Assembly (NCBI RefSeq): GCF_902728285.1
Contig: NW_027104472.1
Location: forward strand, 999,681 to 1,063,680
Length of the DNA: 64,000 nt
DNA from: Clytia hemisphaerica
Lineage: Eukaryota
Direction of reading: 5' to 3'
The translations under genes and the position numbers were made by a program. Below, piece after piece: positions 13,462-26,024 of this stretch (positions are counted from its first letter, which is position 1; every line of letters starts with the position of its first letter). The notes beneath the pieces are model-generated. The model was not told the DNA's origin and made no database searches. It saw nothing but the letters and a program-made list of their open reading frames with translations.

Positions 13462-14103
13462 CTGTAAAACAGAAGAAAAAAATGTTGTTCTGTATAACAG
13501 TAAAATTAGATTTTCATAGTGCTAGATAATTTACATAGAATTTGGGGTCAAAAGGTTTTTTCGAATTCTGTCATTCTGTCCAAAAGAGGATTCTGATTCT
13601 CCACCAGCCCTAGATCATTTTTTTGTAACATGCCAAATTTAGGTCTGATTCTCCACAACTGTTTTTGTAACATTCCAAATTTACTTCCTCTTACTACCTT
13701 GCCACATGAATATAAGTAGACAAGTATTTTAATCACCTTGAAATTAAAAAAACACGCAAATGAAAACACAAATTTTTAGCTTTTTAAGAGGAGACCATGG
13801 CCAGTTTTAATTAGTTTTGATTAAATAAAACAAATCTTTTTATTTTGTGTTAGATTTGTTAGACATGTTTACTTATACTTGTGTAAAATAAGTTTTGGTT
13901 TCAAACTTTAATCAAAGTGGCCACTTTTATTCAGGTACTTCTGTAAGTCGCTCCATCAGGAAGTCTTTTTTTACTCCACCCAATGATATTGCTGCATATG
14001 AAAAATTTCTGGCGCTGATGGTTTTTCAGTCATGGATCTTAGATGGTCTGCGGTCTTATAACTTATTACTGTTTTGGTTTCAAACTTTAGTCAAAGTGTT
14101 CAC

Positions 14104-14206
14104 CCTTTCTCTTCGATCTTTCTCTTCAGGTGCAACACCACAATAAGGTGTGATATCTCCAACAATACATTCAGCCAAATCATGAACTAAAGCAAGCTTC
14201 ATACAC
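14104..14206 (-). CDS. HDDC2: HDDC2-like exon B (HD motif)
   Basis: (R)[34 protein letters not shown] matches HDDC2 [27 protein letters not shown]. ttatttag acceptor, GTGAAC donor. Confidence 0.8.
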
Positions 14207-14477
14207 CTAAATAATAAGTGAAAATGAGCATTATGAGATCCTTTATATAAAATTAAATTCCCATAGACCCACAGTAATCGAAATTTCATTTACACTATTT
14301 ATTTATGGCTCTTTATAACTTCTATATGTTAAATCACTTACTTAATACTTAAATCAGTTTTAATTTTTCAATTTTTTTATCAAATTGTTCGAGACAAATA
14401 TTATCCATCCAAAGTTTAATTTAAAAGAGAGAAATCAGCAAAACTGATCTGCTGTATTCCTAATGTAAAGCCTATAC

Positions 14478-14599
14478 CTAGTTTTATCAATATCTGGAGC
14501 ATCTAAAAGCATTGCCATCATGGACATTCGATACATGTGGTCTGATACACTTTCAACATTTTTGATATCATGATGTGTCCAACCAGTTCTTTGTTCTGT
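14478..14599 (-). CDS. HDDC2: HDDC2-like exon A
   Basis: [40 protein letters not shown] matches HDDC2 [29 protein letters not shown]. ttttcag acceptor, GTATAG donor. The 5' Met exon was not found. Confidence 0.75.
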
Positions 14600-15289
14600 C
14601 TGAAAATAAAAAATAAAAATATAAACTTTAAAAACTAGGTGATGAGGGTCTTATGACAGGCTGAAAAAGGGGGAAAGGTGTTTTTTAGACTTTTCTATAA
14701 TGAAAACAAATTGTTATCATCAATCATCCAATTCAATTTAACTTGAACCAAAGATGTATCCACCTTTTGATAAAAACGTTTCTTTGTGTATTTTTAAGAA
14801 GAATTTCACAGAGGAAGAATTTCAACGCTTTCTAGAATTTTTCGATTTTGTATATTCTTAGTTACGTGTATTTAGGAAAAGAATATGCGAAAAATAACAG
14901 GTGAGAGCAAGTGAGAGGGTATATTCTTCCTCTAAATTCTTATGTGTAATGGGGCCTTAAGATTATACAGATTATATTTAAAGAAGCTTTCAGTGCGTTT
15001 CCCTTTATCTTTTCAATTTAAATTCAGTCATAGATTAAAAGAAAGTGAAAGCCACGTGCATTCACTTTCTGTACTCTCTCCCTTTTTCATAACTTGAATC
15101 GATATAGGAGAATTGTTTACTGAAAGAAATTCTTTCTCATAATAATAGACAAGTGCCATATAAACAAAACTCAACATTCTCAGAAAAATTGTCTTTTTGA
15201 TTTCCCAGATACTTGTCTAAAACGTTCACTTCCACAATAATTTATATAATTGCAATTTCGGTCAGTCCACAGTCGGCTTCAACATATAC

Positions 15290-15700
15290 ACATGTTTTTA
15301 TTTACCATGGCGTCCTCCAGCTTTTTGGTCCCCCCTAATAAGAGCTAAAATCCCCCATCTGGCCTTTCCCCCCCACCTGTCTTTAAAATTCGTGCTCCCC
15401 CCTATTGGGAAATCCCCCTAGCCGTATTGTATAAGGGTTGCGAAGTGATGATCCAGACTCGCCTCAATTCGCAAGCTACTATAGCAAAAAAAAGACTCTC
15501 AAAATCCCTAGAAAGACAGGCTCATAAGCCTGAATGCCCAAACACACCAGGAAAGGTCTGTATTTATCCTATTACTCCCCCCACTAGGTAGAGGACTGAA
15601 TATACCCCCTATTCGCCTTTCTCCCCCCATCAAGCTTGAAAATTTCACTTCCCCCCTGGCACCAAAATCTGATTCCCCCCCCATCTTCCTGGGGGGGGAT
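15290..15700. repeat. Poly-C-punctuated repeat region (C5-9 runs every about 25-30 bp)
   Basis: ggtcccccctaataagagctaaaatcccccatctggcctttcccccccacc...ttcccccccatcttcctggggggggatgatccc. A similar arrangement occurs at 38460-38900 (aaaccccctatatataaatttctcaacccccccatatataaatttcttagaccccccccc). Confidence 0.5.
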
Positions 15701-15868
15701 GATCCCATGTTTACGTGACCGAAGTGCCTACTAAACAATCCGGTGGTAAGTGGCGAAGCAACACAGCAGATTATTCGTAAAGTAAAGAAATATCTTTTGG
15801 CATTGACAATCAAATATAATATATTATATTATATTTCCTTAATTCAAAAATCAAAAATTAATTTTTCA

Positions 15869-15896
15869 TTCGCGAAAAAAAAAAAAAAAAAAAAAG
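15869..15896. repeat. A26 homopolymer
   Basis: gcgaaaaaaaaaaaaaaaaaaaaaaagaat. Confidence 0.9.
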
Positions 15897-16689
15897 AATT
15901 AATGTTACATACTAAAACGCCCCGTCTTTTACTCTCGTTTAATTTCCGATCTCGGAACGTACAAAACGCCCGTCCGCCCAATATCCACCCAATCAGCTTA
16001 AATTCACTTTAATTGCCCTTTGACTTTCAAAAATAGTATTTAAAAATTGTGAATTTATAATAATAACAAATAACAAAAAGTTTGATACTTCATTAGTGAA
16101 ATATTCAATAAATTCCTAGTTTCAATTTTCAGTGGACGTTTTTCTAGGGCTTTGTTTATCGCGCAATTTTTGCGTCACACAAACTTTCTTGGCCACTTGT
16201 AATAATTATGCATTGCCGAATTTGGTTCTCCATTGTCAAGTCAGGATCAATGGTGACATCACCTAGGCAAAAAAAAGAAAGGATTTTGTCAGTTTTATGC
16301 ATATATTAATTTGCGAGATATTCTATTCGCCACACAAGCGCACTTTTTGTAGAATAGTCGGAATACTTTCTTTTACTCGCGGGATTGATGGTAACTTTTC
16401 ATCTTCGTTATTTTTAAAATGAAACACAACCGAAAAAAAACGAAACTACAGAAACTAGCGTATTTCCAGTGAGTAAACGATTCTGATTATTAACAAAATT
16501 GATGATGATGATTTTTTTGGGTCAGGCAAATGTCTCGTATTGGGAGTTCTAGTCTTGACCCCTAAGCCTACGCGAGATTGAAGCGTTTGGGTAAACGAGA
16601 CAAAAATCCAAAAAAGCTGGTGTTTTGAAGTGTTTCCGTGCGATCCAAATATCGCCATTTGTGACGCACTGATAGAGCACCTGTTTTTT

Positions 16690-18115
16690 GCATTGTGTAT
16701 TCAGGGGGGGTCAAGCCTCAGGGTACTAAAGCATAGCCGGTGGGTGTTTTTCCAAAAAAAATTTGATAAGTACCCGGGTACTTTTTGGGTGGGTGGGGAG
16801 CCAAGTTTGTTTAATCAAACAAGTACCCGGGTACTAATTGGGTGGGTCTTATGTGAATTTTCTTTGTAAAATAAGTACCTTGAAACTTGGTTTTGAGTAC
16901 TTTCTTATTAATAACTTAGGGTTACTTTTTGTTTATTTTAATCTTGGAAGCTATTAGGTTATGCTTTTACTAGTAAATGACTATATAATATTTACATTAT
17001 TTGTTTTTTGAAAGTTTAAGCGTGATTTTGTTCTTAGCATTTTGAATTTGTTCTTTCATTTTTCTGACTTATTACAGCTTTTCAAAAAAATATTGCGAGA
17101 TAATGTCACCTAAATTCTGCCAAAATAGTCACATGGGCCAGATTTCTACACTTTGATACCACCAGGTAAAGTAGAAAACTCAAAAATTCTGATTTATATC
17201 CTATCTTGGCTTCTTTTATTTCAAAAGCTTTCTTACGTTATTACAGTATAGTTGTGGGTTTACTTCTTTATTCAGCTTTATTAAAAAACCTGTTTAGAAA
17301 CTTTCTTGTTTTTTTAGCCATTTTCGTATTATATTATTTTGTTTCTATTTACCACAATAGGTTGCTTGATTGCATGCTTTGACCTGATAATAACTTCTCT
17401 AAGACATTCTGGGTGGGCACTCACAACAAAGCTCAATGAAGTATAACAAATGGAGTTTAGATTAAAAGTGTTACAGATTCTCGTTTTTAAAGTGAATTTC
17501 ACTTGGGTCTATTGCAACTGGTTTATATTTAGTTTATATTAGTTTCTTATTTTATGTTTAGTTTTGCTAATTTACTCTGGTTTATACTTTTTATATTTCC
17601 AGATATTTCAGAAACTAGATCTTTTGTTAAAACTGTTCTAAGATTTTGTAAGATTGTGAAAAAGTGCTTTTACATTGTTTTCATCTGTTTTCATGTTTAA
17701 AAAATAAGGCAATCAATATACCCAAATGTATTACTGTAAATTACGCCTGGCTTATTAGTTGGGCTAATAGTAAAGGAAAATTAAAATTAACAGTTATAAG
17801 GGTGGGTTTAATTTTGATGAGTGTAGAATTGAGAAAGATTAATAAGTAATAAATTTATTTTTTGTAGGTATAGGGTCTAAGAAGGAAAAGTCCTTAAGTA
17901 CCCGGGTACTTTTTGGGTTGGTATGGGGTCTAGAAGAGAAAAGTCCTTAAGTACCCCGGGTACTTTTTGGGTGGGTATAGGGTCTAGAAGGGAAAAGTCA
18001 TTAAGTACCCGGGTACTTATTTGGGTGGGTGGTATGAGTCAAAAATTTTTTTAGATAAGTACCCTCTCTAGGCTATGCTTTAGTACCCTGAGGCTTGACC
18101 CCCCCGGTGTATTAC
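16690..18115. mobile_element. Foldback-type element, about 1.4 kb, with TIRs and subterminal GTACCCGGGTAC repeats
   Basis: 16705-16740 gggggggtcaagcctcagggtactaaagcatagcc is the reverse complement of 18075-18112. Repeated taagtacccgggtactttttgggtgggt units sit near both ends. Confidence 0.6.
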
Positions 18116-18239
18116 GTACGATCCGCAAAAGATATTGTTTGTCAATATTTTATTTGCTTTTAGAAATTCCTATATCCGATTATGATTGTTAAAACTGAGA
18201 GCCAAAATTATTTTTTGTGTATTTTTTACTTAAGTTTTA

Positions 18240-18340
18240 TGATAATTTTTAGGAATAATCAGCATACTTTATGCATGGATCCGCGCATCGTGAATCGTAA
18301 ATTGTTAGATCGTGCATCTTAAATTACACCAACCCTTTGT
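18240..18340. repeat. Solo copy of the terminal region of the 30693-31404 element
   Basis: gcatggatccgcgcatcgtgaatcgtaaattgttagatcgtgcatcttaaattacaccaaccc matches both TIRs of that element. Confidence 0.5.
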
Positions 18341-19165
18341 TTGTTCAATTTCTGTGTGTTAATGTGATCTAAAAATTATGGTAATTTTATGTTCTTGAGG
18401 TGCCATTTGCCATAACTTACCCAAGATCATTTATAAATACAAAGTATCTCCTCCAAACCAACAAACCAAAATTTACAATGACCTTTCATCAATCATTCAG
18501 GTAGGAAAAACACAAAAAGTACAATGCTATACACGCACATTTTTTCCGCTCAAAAATAAAAACATTGACAGATTAACCCAAACTGAAACAGTCAATTTTC
18601 AGAGCGTCAAAGGCATGCGCTCTGTTCCAGTATAAAAAAGCCACGCTGAAGATGTTTTGAGGTTAAGACAGATTACACTGATTTGAGGGCATTCTCACGC
18701 CAAATATATTCGGCATACTGTGCACAAATTCCAGACTGGACTCTGTTGTATAGAAATATCAGAAGTAACAAGAGGGTGATCAGTCACGGAAATCCTGTGC
18801 ACAGGGTATGTATTTGCAACGGTTTCAACAATTTTTTCCGACCAAAATGCACGAAAATTAATAAATCTCAACTTTAAAATGAAAATGACATGAAACAAAG
18901 ACAAATAGCATTTTCATTTTCTCTCTAGAAGATTCTTTAGCCTTTTTAGAAAATTTTTGTCTACGGGTTAAAATTTTGATCTGTGCATTTTTTTATAATC
19001 AAGTGTAACATTTTTCAACTCTGTGTAAATGCAACGGGTCGCAGTGATCGAGTGTATTTGGACGAGTTTTGTCACTTTTGATTTCAACCCATTGCATTTG
19101 GCTTGCCGCATGTCCAACCATGTGCAAATGCAAGGATTTCCGTGACTGGTCTGGTGATATGGTAA

Positions 19166-19510
19166 AGGACCCTGCCGACGCACCGGACTGTCCGGTGTAT
19201 TTGTGCGGTGGCAACAAGTATCATTTCGCTACACTGGACACAATTAGTCCGGTGTCAGTCCGGTGTTGCATGCAGGGAATTTTGGACGCCAGACATTTAT
19301 GAAACAAAAAATTAAGAAACACTGGACGCACTGGACTGGTCATGTCCGGTGTTTTGATTTTCCGGTGGGAAAAAAATCCTTCTCTGACACCAGACATCCG
19401 ACTTCCTTAAGTCCGGTGTAGAAATTGTCCGGTGGTAAAAAAAATCCTCATTTTACACCGGACTTTTGCTTATCCGGTGTTCGTTAAGTCCGGTGCGTCG
19501 GCAGGGTCCT
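19166..19510. mobile_element. MITE with 25 bp perfect TIRs and an 8 bp TSD (tatggtaa)
   Basis: TIR aggaccctgccgacgcaccggact / agtccggtgcgtcggcagggtcct. Flanking tatggtaa at 19158-19165 and 19511-19518. About 12 internal (a/g)tccggtg repeats. Confidence 0.7.
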
Positions 19511-19557
19511 TATGGTAAATATGCCTCTCCTGGAGAGAAATTTGAATTTTTAGTGTA

Positions 19558-19755
19558 GTTTTCTAATAGACCTTTTTTCAAAGAGGACGTCCTGTTGAAT
19601 AATTATGTAGTCCAGCCATAAAAACAATGATAGAGCCATGCATAACTACTGTATCATGCATATTGTATTAATTATGCATGGTTAATCATTGTTTTTCTGC
19701 TGGACTACATAGGTAATTATTCAACGGGGTGGCCTCTTTGAAAAAAGGTCTATTA
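19558..19755. mobile_element. Hairpin MITE (about 80 bp arms)
   Basis: tagacctttttt caaagagg...ctggactacat is mirrored by atgtagtccagc...cctctttgaaaaaaggtcta around a centre near 19655. Confidence 0.5.
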
Positions 19756-22489
19756 AAAACTTCAAAAAAAAATTGTTAAAGATAAAGGAAAAGGTCTTTC
19801 CACCCAATCCCCAAGCAATAACATTATCTGAAAACAAAATACTTTACTACACCTTCTTACCTTAAGTTGTCCAACAAACATGAAAAATTCCACTGCATTA
19901 TTGGCAGCCATTTTGTTTTTTTGTTCTTGATGTTCTTTAGTCGGTTTTCAAATAAATCTCAGAGAACACAATGTACTTTTGGCGATTCTTTATACCTCTT
20001 TATAGGGGTCACTCACAAATCGATTTTAAGTTCAAATAACGTCATATGACGTTTGTGGGTGGGTGGGTCAAGGTAGGATGACGCTTTGAATGGGTTATAA
20101 AAAACATCGATTTTGAGATAATGATCTCTTTTCTATTTTTTATAGATGAGAGAATAAAAAATATAAGTGAAATGATATAAAGTACAGAACAAACAGTCAA
20201 ACCATAACCAGACCCTCAAAAGTTAAAGATGTATTTTAAAAAAACTAGCTGATAGGCTAAAATAACTGATAATTTACTGATCTTGTACCGTGTGCAAAAA
20301 AAAAAAAATTTTAAAAGATTTTTCCGCGAAAAATGTCGAAGTTTTTATACTGCGCATGCTCGGCGCATGCGCAATTAGAAAAAATTGAATATCTCCTATT
20401 CTGGAGCTGATTAAGGGATAATATTTGGAATATACATTAATTGAGTGATAACAGATTAATCTGAGGATTTATAGAATGCGACTATTAGTATTTGGCTCAA
20501 AAATCAAACTTTTCTTCATTATGAGCTAATTAGCCTATATGAAATGGGCTGTTGGTGTTGGTTTTGACGTTTTGGCTGAAGAAAAAGGTTCTTCTCTTCT
20601 CCACTTTTAAAAGTGAAAGTACAGAGTAGGTTAGTAACGAGCCTTATTGACTCAAATGTGGAGCAACACCAGTAACACTGAACGCGGGAGAAGGATTAAA
20701 GCCCGTTCTACATACTAATATTTTGCCTAGGCACCGTGCACACCACAAGTTTCCTCAAATCAAAACAAAAACAAACACATCCAGATTGCACCATCTTGCG
20801 CCCACAAAAAAGCAGGAAAATGCTGAGATGGTGACCTGTTTCTAGAAAAGGTAGGAAGGTTCTTTTTACTTAAAATGCTAGATGTATTTACAGAGGATAG
20901 TGCAAAAAGAAGCAATAAGATTTTTTTTTTGCAAGACACTGAAATCTCTATACTAAGCAAGACAAAGTAGTGCAGTCCATCCAGTGTCCAGCAACAACAG
21001 ACAGAACAGATGAAAAAGTTACATGAGACGAGGTGAAGGCTTCTATAGGCTTCTTCATAAAGACGAAAGACATGTATCTATTTTTCGGATCCGGTATGCG
21101 GGGAATAGTGTCAGGAACTGCAGGTGACCTGGTATGGATATGGGTGTGGTTTGGGTGTGGTTATGTATCAGATTGGCTAGGGGAATTGGGTTATTATCAG
21201 TTAGGGTTAGGGTTGGAGCTCGAAACAAGCACTCTTTTGAGATTTTCTCTTAATACAGTCTGGTCTGCAGTTTGTACAATATAAATAGCCGTCAGAAGCG
21301 CAATCCTGGCATGAATCCGTGGCGCAGTGTGGATAAGGGGACCCGTCCATATTTCTTTGACAACGCAAAACGTCAAATTGACGTTATCCTCTGAGCCCCC
21401 CCCACCCCCCACAGATAACGTCAAGCGATGTACTGATGTACAGTATACCAAATATTGTCAGTGTAGACCTAACTCTTCATACAAAAATTACGGGAAACGC
21501 ATATTTGGACTTTGTACCCTATCAGTTAGGAATATTTGGCGGGTTCCTGTACGCGGCCGCAATCAAAAAAATCATAACAACACTCATTAAAATAAGGCGT
21601 TCGTATCTTTTCTCACTTTTTTTAGTCTAGACGATGTAGCAAACAAAGTAAGTATAAGCACACTGTGCTTTTAATTGGCTGAAATTTTTTTTCGCGTCGG
21701 AAAAACTTTTTCAAACTTTCAGCAATGATTGACCAAACTATTATAATGAAAATTATCCAGCGCACTTTTTATCTTCTTACCTTATTCATCTTCATTGAAG
21801 CACTCGAAGTTTACTGAAGTTAAGCACATAAGATATTCTTATAATTATTGATAATTACTGAAACACCGTTCGTTGTGCGCTGAGGTGGAGTGCGTGACGT
21901 AACTCGCGCTGCAACTAACTTGCCTTCTGTTGGAAGATAATATTGGGCGTTTTTGACGTTACCACCCTTGAAGCAGCGGGCGCCTCTGTCTTTCCGCAAC
22001 TTTTTCCACCATTTTAGATGGTCTTAACAATAGATCCAAAAGGGCGCCATAATCTTGGAAGATGATTTGTTTTGGTCTCCGGCTTTGGGAAGTAGCAATG
22101 TTTTTGGTTGTTTTCGATGGGAAATGGTAAGAAACTTAAGTTTACAAGTGTCATTTATTTTTTGCTGGCTTATAGAATGGCAGGATCCTGGATGGTTTCC
22201 CTAACTGCCTATGCTGCACTCAAGCACTTGGGCCAAAATCCCGCAAAGGCGGGACAAAAATCAGTTTTTTGAAGTTTGCAAAAAAACGCCACATAGAAGA
22301 TCTTTCAAATTCAGTATGTGAATAGAGCAGTAAAAAATACAACTTTTCTATTTTTCCTTTTTTTTGCAAAAGTTCTAGTAATGAAAATAAAGGGATAATG
22401 ATAATTGAATACTATCCATTGATGATCCGCGGCACTATCGTAAAGCTAGAATAGCTTCGCGTACTCTTCGCTTGAGAAAATGATTGCAT

Positions 22490-22990
22490 AGTGGGAACCC
22501 CCCCCTAACTTTAGGGGGGGGTTGGAGGTTTTCAGAAAAATTTAAGCAGGTGGGGGTTAGCCTGCTCACAAATCTTAGGTGGGGGTTACCCTATACAGGT
22601 GGGGGTGACTTTTTTCAGGTGGGGGTTGGAGAGTTTATTTACTAGTTTTCTTATTTTGACTCAAAAACTTTCTTTCAACCCTGCTCATCATAAACATATA
22701 CATTGACAGTAAAAATCTATTTCTTCCCAAGTCTAATAATTATAACAAAAGATGTATGAAGTATAAAAAGCATAGAAATTATTTTCAAGTGATTAACCTT
22801 GCTTACCCTCAAAATTGTTAAAACAGTCAAAAACCTTTTTCAGGTGGGGGTTGGAAACTTTTCAGAATTTAGGTGGGGGTGGTCCAAGAAGGTGGGGGTT
22901 GGGTCGGTAGCATTTTTCAGGTGGGGGTTACCCTATGCAGGTGGGGGTGACTTTATTCAGGTGGGGGTTGGAGGGGTGCTGCCCACTATG
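22490..22990. repeat. G-rich (CAGGTGGGGGTT) repeat clusters, two about 140 bp blocks
   Basis: 22500-22640 and 22840-22980 both carry caggtgggggttaccctata/caggtgggggtgactttt..caggtgggggttggag. Confidence 0.7.
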
Positions 22991-23384
22991 TGATTGACAG
23001 ATTGAAGTTTTTCATCCCCGCGGTGCGCGCCGCGCGGGAGCTCGGGCGCTCTGCTAGAGTTCTCGGCTCAATCCTCGGACCGCGCTAAAATGGTAGACTG
23101 AGCTGTGATAGATCATTTCGATGGAAGTTGTTGGAATGTTTACAAGGCTCTTGGCAGAATATTGTTTGTTTTATTGTCAATGATGACAGTGCCGTTATAA
23201 ATTTTGTTGGATCTGACAAATTGATGTTTGTAAGTGCACTTTATAGTTTTGATTCCCATTGAAGAATCATATTCTGGTTTTCATGTTATTAGATGCTGTT
23301 TTAGAGCTTTAGAGCTACACTGATTGTAGCCATTTTTCGTCAAAGTTTTCCCGTTCCGTCGCAAAGTCCGTCCTTGGCAGTTAC

Positions 23385-23720
23385 ATCAATATGCCAAAAA
23401 CATTTTGTTCAACCACCTTCACTTCAAGATAGGCCACCACAGAATGAACTTCCTTTTATAGGATGAACCATATTCATCCATATTAATTTTTTTATATTTG
23501 AGTATTAAAAAGGCATGCATTCAAATAATAAAGGTTTAAAATTTTTCTCTGGGCTAGTTAGTAAAATATCTTAAATAGGCTCTGTGATGGAGTGCAAGGC
23601 TGAAAGCCACATGAATATGGCTCATCCTATAAAAGGAAGTTCATTCTATGGTGGCCTATCTTGAAGTGAAGGTGGTTGAACAAAATGTTTTTGGCATATT
23701 GATGTAACTGCTTGGTTGTA
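23385..23720. repeat. Foldback hairpin (about 100 bp arms)
   Basis: 23385-23475 is the reverse complement of 23612-23720 (ggatgaaccatattcat / atgaatatggctcatcc ... ttgaacaaaatgtttttggcatattgatgtaactg). Confidence 0.5.
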
Positions 23721-24817
23721 CTCGTGTGTGTATGTGTTCTTTTAACTAATGACCTTTATTTAAAAAGAAATTAAAAGCTCTACTTGGCGCTAGGTCCGTG
23801 CCGTGCTTTAGGCGTACCACCTTCTTTGCCAACTTGTGCAATGTGGTTTGCTCGAATGCGCAAACAATGAAAATACGATGTAATGATATCATAGCGCAAA
23901 CCAATGGGATTATGCGAGCAGGAAATTTTCATGTATTTCATACACGAATATGTTTTCAAAAGCTTATGAAGGGTGGTTACAAGTATCCACGATTTTCACA
24001 AAAAGGTATACAGTACCTTTGATTTCTTATAACGTCAAACCTAACTTTTGAAAAACCCCCCACCCCCTCATAACGTCAATTTGACGTTTTGCGTTGTCAA
24101 ATGAATATGGATGGCTCCCCTAAGGCAATGGGTTTCAATCAAAACATCCACAAGTGTTTCAACCGGTATTCCAATGAAGCCATATTTTGATTTGTACAGA
24201 AATTTCGCCCGCTCAAATCAAAATAACAAAATGGTCAATCTCACTTAAGCAAAACATTGCCGCCACGGCATTTCCCTGGATAAAAAATGGTCACGTGACC
24301 ATCCGTGATTTTAGACCAATGAAAACGCTTCATTTTCCCGGATTAAAGTTGTGTCTACACTAACACGCGGGAACCAGCTAGAAAAAGAAAGAAAAAACAG
24401 GGTGTCAAATTAAATTTTTCTCCCTTCTTGCGTCAAACATAAAAGACTTTAAGAGGCCATTTATTTAAGAAAGGGGTGTTAAATCATAAATAAATTATGT
24501 AAGTAAGTGATATTTTAAGTAACAAGTTCATTAACAATTTTATTTTGAAGTTTGTTTTTAAAAACAAAACCCCCTGCTATATGATAATTTCATTTTCTTA
24601 ACTTATGGACCCATTTGGAAGTATTTGTAATACAGATCATTTGGCAGTGTAGTTGCAGCCTATACAAGAATTGGAATCTAAAGTCTAAAGTCGTAACTCC
24701 TTGCCAGTGACCCCGCAGAGAAATTTTTAGTTGGCAAACACTGACTTTAGGTTGGTTTGGAAATCGTTTTATTTTGAAATGTAATCTTCACTTTAGATGA
24801 ATACTTTTGTTTATAAC

Positions 24818-26024
24818 TTAGTGGTCTAAAAAAACGGCTATTCTTTTTTAGAATCAACCTTACAATCTAGTTTTTGTATTTATAAAAACTAGATTGCTGA
24901 CGTGCGGAAAGGAATGTCGGCGTGACTGATCCTTTTGTTTCAATAATAACATCAAAGCGGGAACTAATTTACTTCTCGTTTCTTTCTTTCCTTTTTCTTT
25001 CTCGTAAGTTTGCGCTTTCCCTCGCAGTCTCCAAGCGTGGTTAGCTCAAGCGGTTAGAGCGTCTATCTCACAAGCATGGGTTTCGATCCCTCCGGGTGAC
25101 AAATTTTCCAATTCTTGATTTTGTTTTTGTGCTCATCACTTTAATTTTGAATCACATTTCATGAGAGTGAAGAGATATCGATGAATTTATGATCTGTTCC
25201 CTCCTAGTGAGGAGTTTAATACCCTTATAACAACCGTATTTTATAAGCATTGAATACTGAAATTCAAATGACGACCACACAAGAAAGATAAGCAAACGAT
25301 TGGATCAAGTGTCAAACATTTTGACCCGGAAATCAATTATCATTTCTGTCTTTAAAGTATAAAACGAGAATGATTCTGAAAGAAGTTATTTGACGATTCT
25401 CTTACAAAGAATCGCTCGCTCACTCGCTGGCTGAAAGTGAAAGTAGGGAAAGTAGTGAAAGTGAAACTGAAACTGTCAGTCACCAAACGCAGGCGCAAAC
25501 GCCTATTCTTGTTCTTCTATATCTCAGCCTTGAATAATCGCTTGTGGTAGAAAAAAAGATTGAAGAAAAAAAAAACTTCAAAAAGTTCTTCTTAAGTGAT
25601 GCTATCATAGCTTATCTAAACCTTACACAGAGAGCAGAGGTAATATATGCTAGTTACTTGTTTGATTGACCTTCATTATAATAGAAAGAGAATTAAAAAA
25701 AGAAATTTGAAGAATTGAAAAATTTGACACCCAGTGGGATCGAACTCGGAAACCCATGCTTATGAGATAGACGCTCTAACCGCTTGAGCTAACCACGCTT
25801 GGAGACTTTGAGGGAAAGCGCAAACTTACGAGAAAGAAAAAGGAAAGAAAGAAACGAGAAGAAAATTAGTTCCCGCTTTGATGTTATTATCGAAACAAAA
25901 GGATCAGTCACGCCGACATTCCTTTCCACACGTCAGCAATCTAGTTTTTATAAATATAAAAACTAGATTGTACAGTAAGGTTGATTCTAAAAAAGAATAG
26001 CCGTTTTTTTTAGACCACTACGTT
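24818..26024. mobile_element. Foldback-like element with about 290 bp terminal inverted repeats; each arm ends in a tRNA-Met-like (CAT anticodon loop) segment
   Basis: 24818-25105 is the near-perfect reverse complement of 25726-26024, including ggtctaaaaaaacggctattc ends. Arms contain TAGCTCAAGCGGTTAGAGC D-arm-like and CTCA(C/T)AAG loops. About 620 bp central loop. Confidence 0.6.

Larger units (their letters stand above)
21325..24130. repeat. Pair of about 90 bp inverted repeats bracketing 2.8 kb (possible degraded large TIR element)
   Basis: 21340-21420 ccatatttctttgacaacgcaaaacgtcaaattgacgttat...ccccccaccccc is the reverse complement of 24040-24125. The interior holds GGTGGGGGT repeat clusters (22490-22990) and a hairpin (23385-23720). 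Confidence 0.35.
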
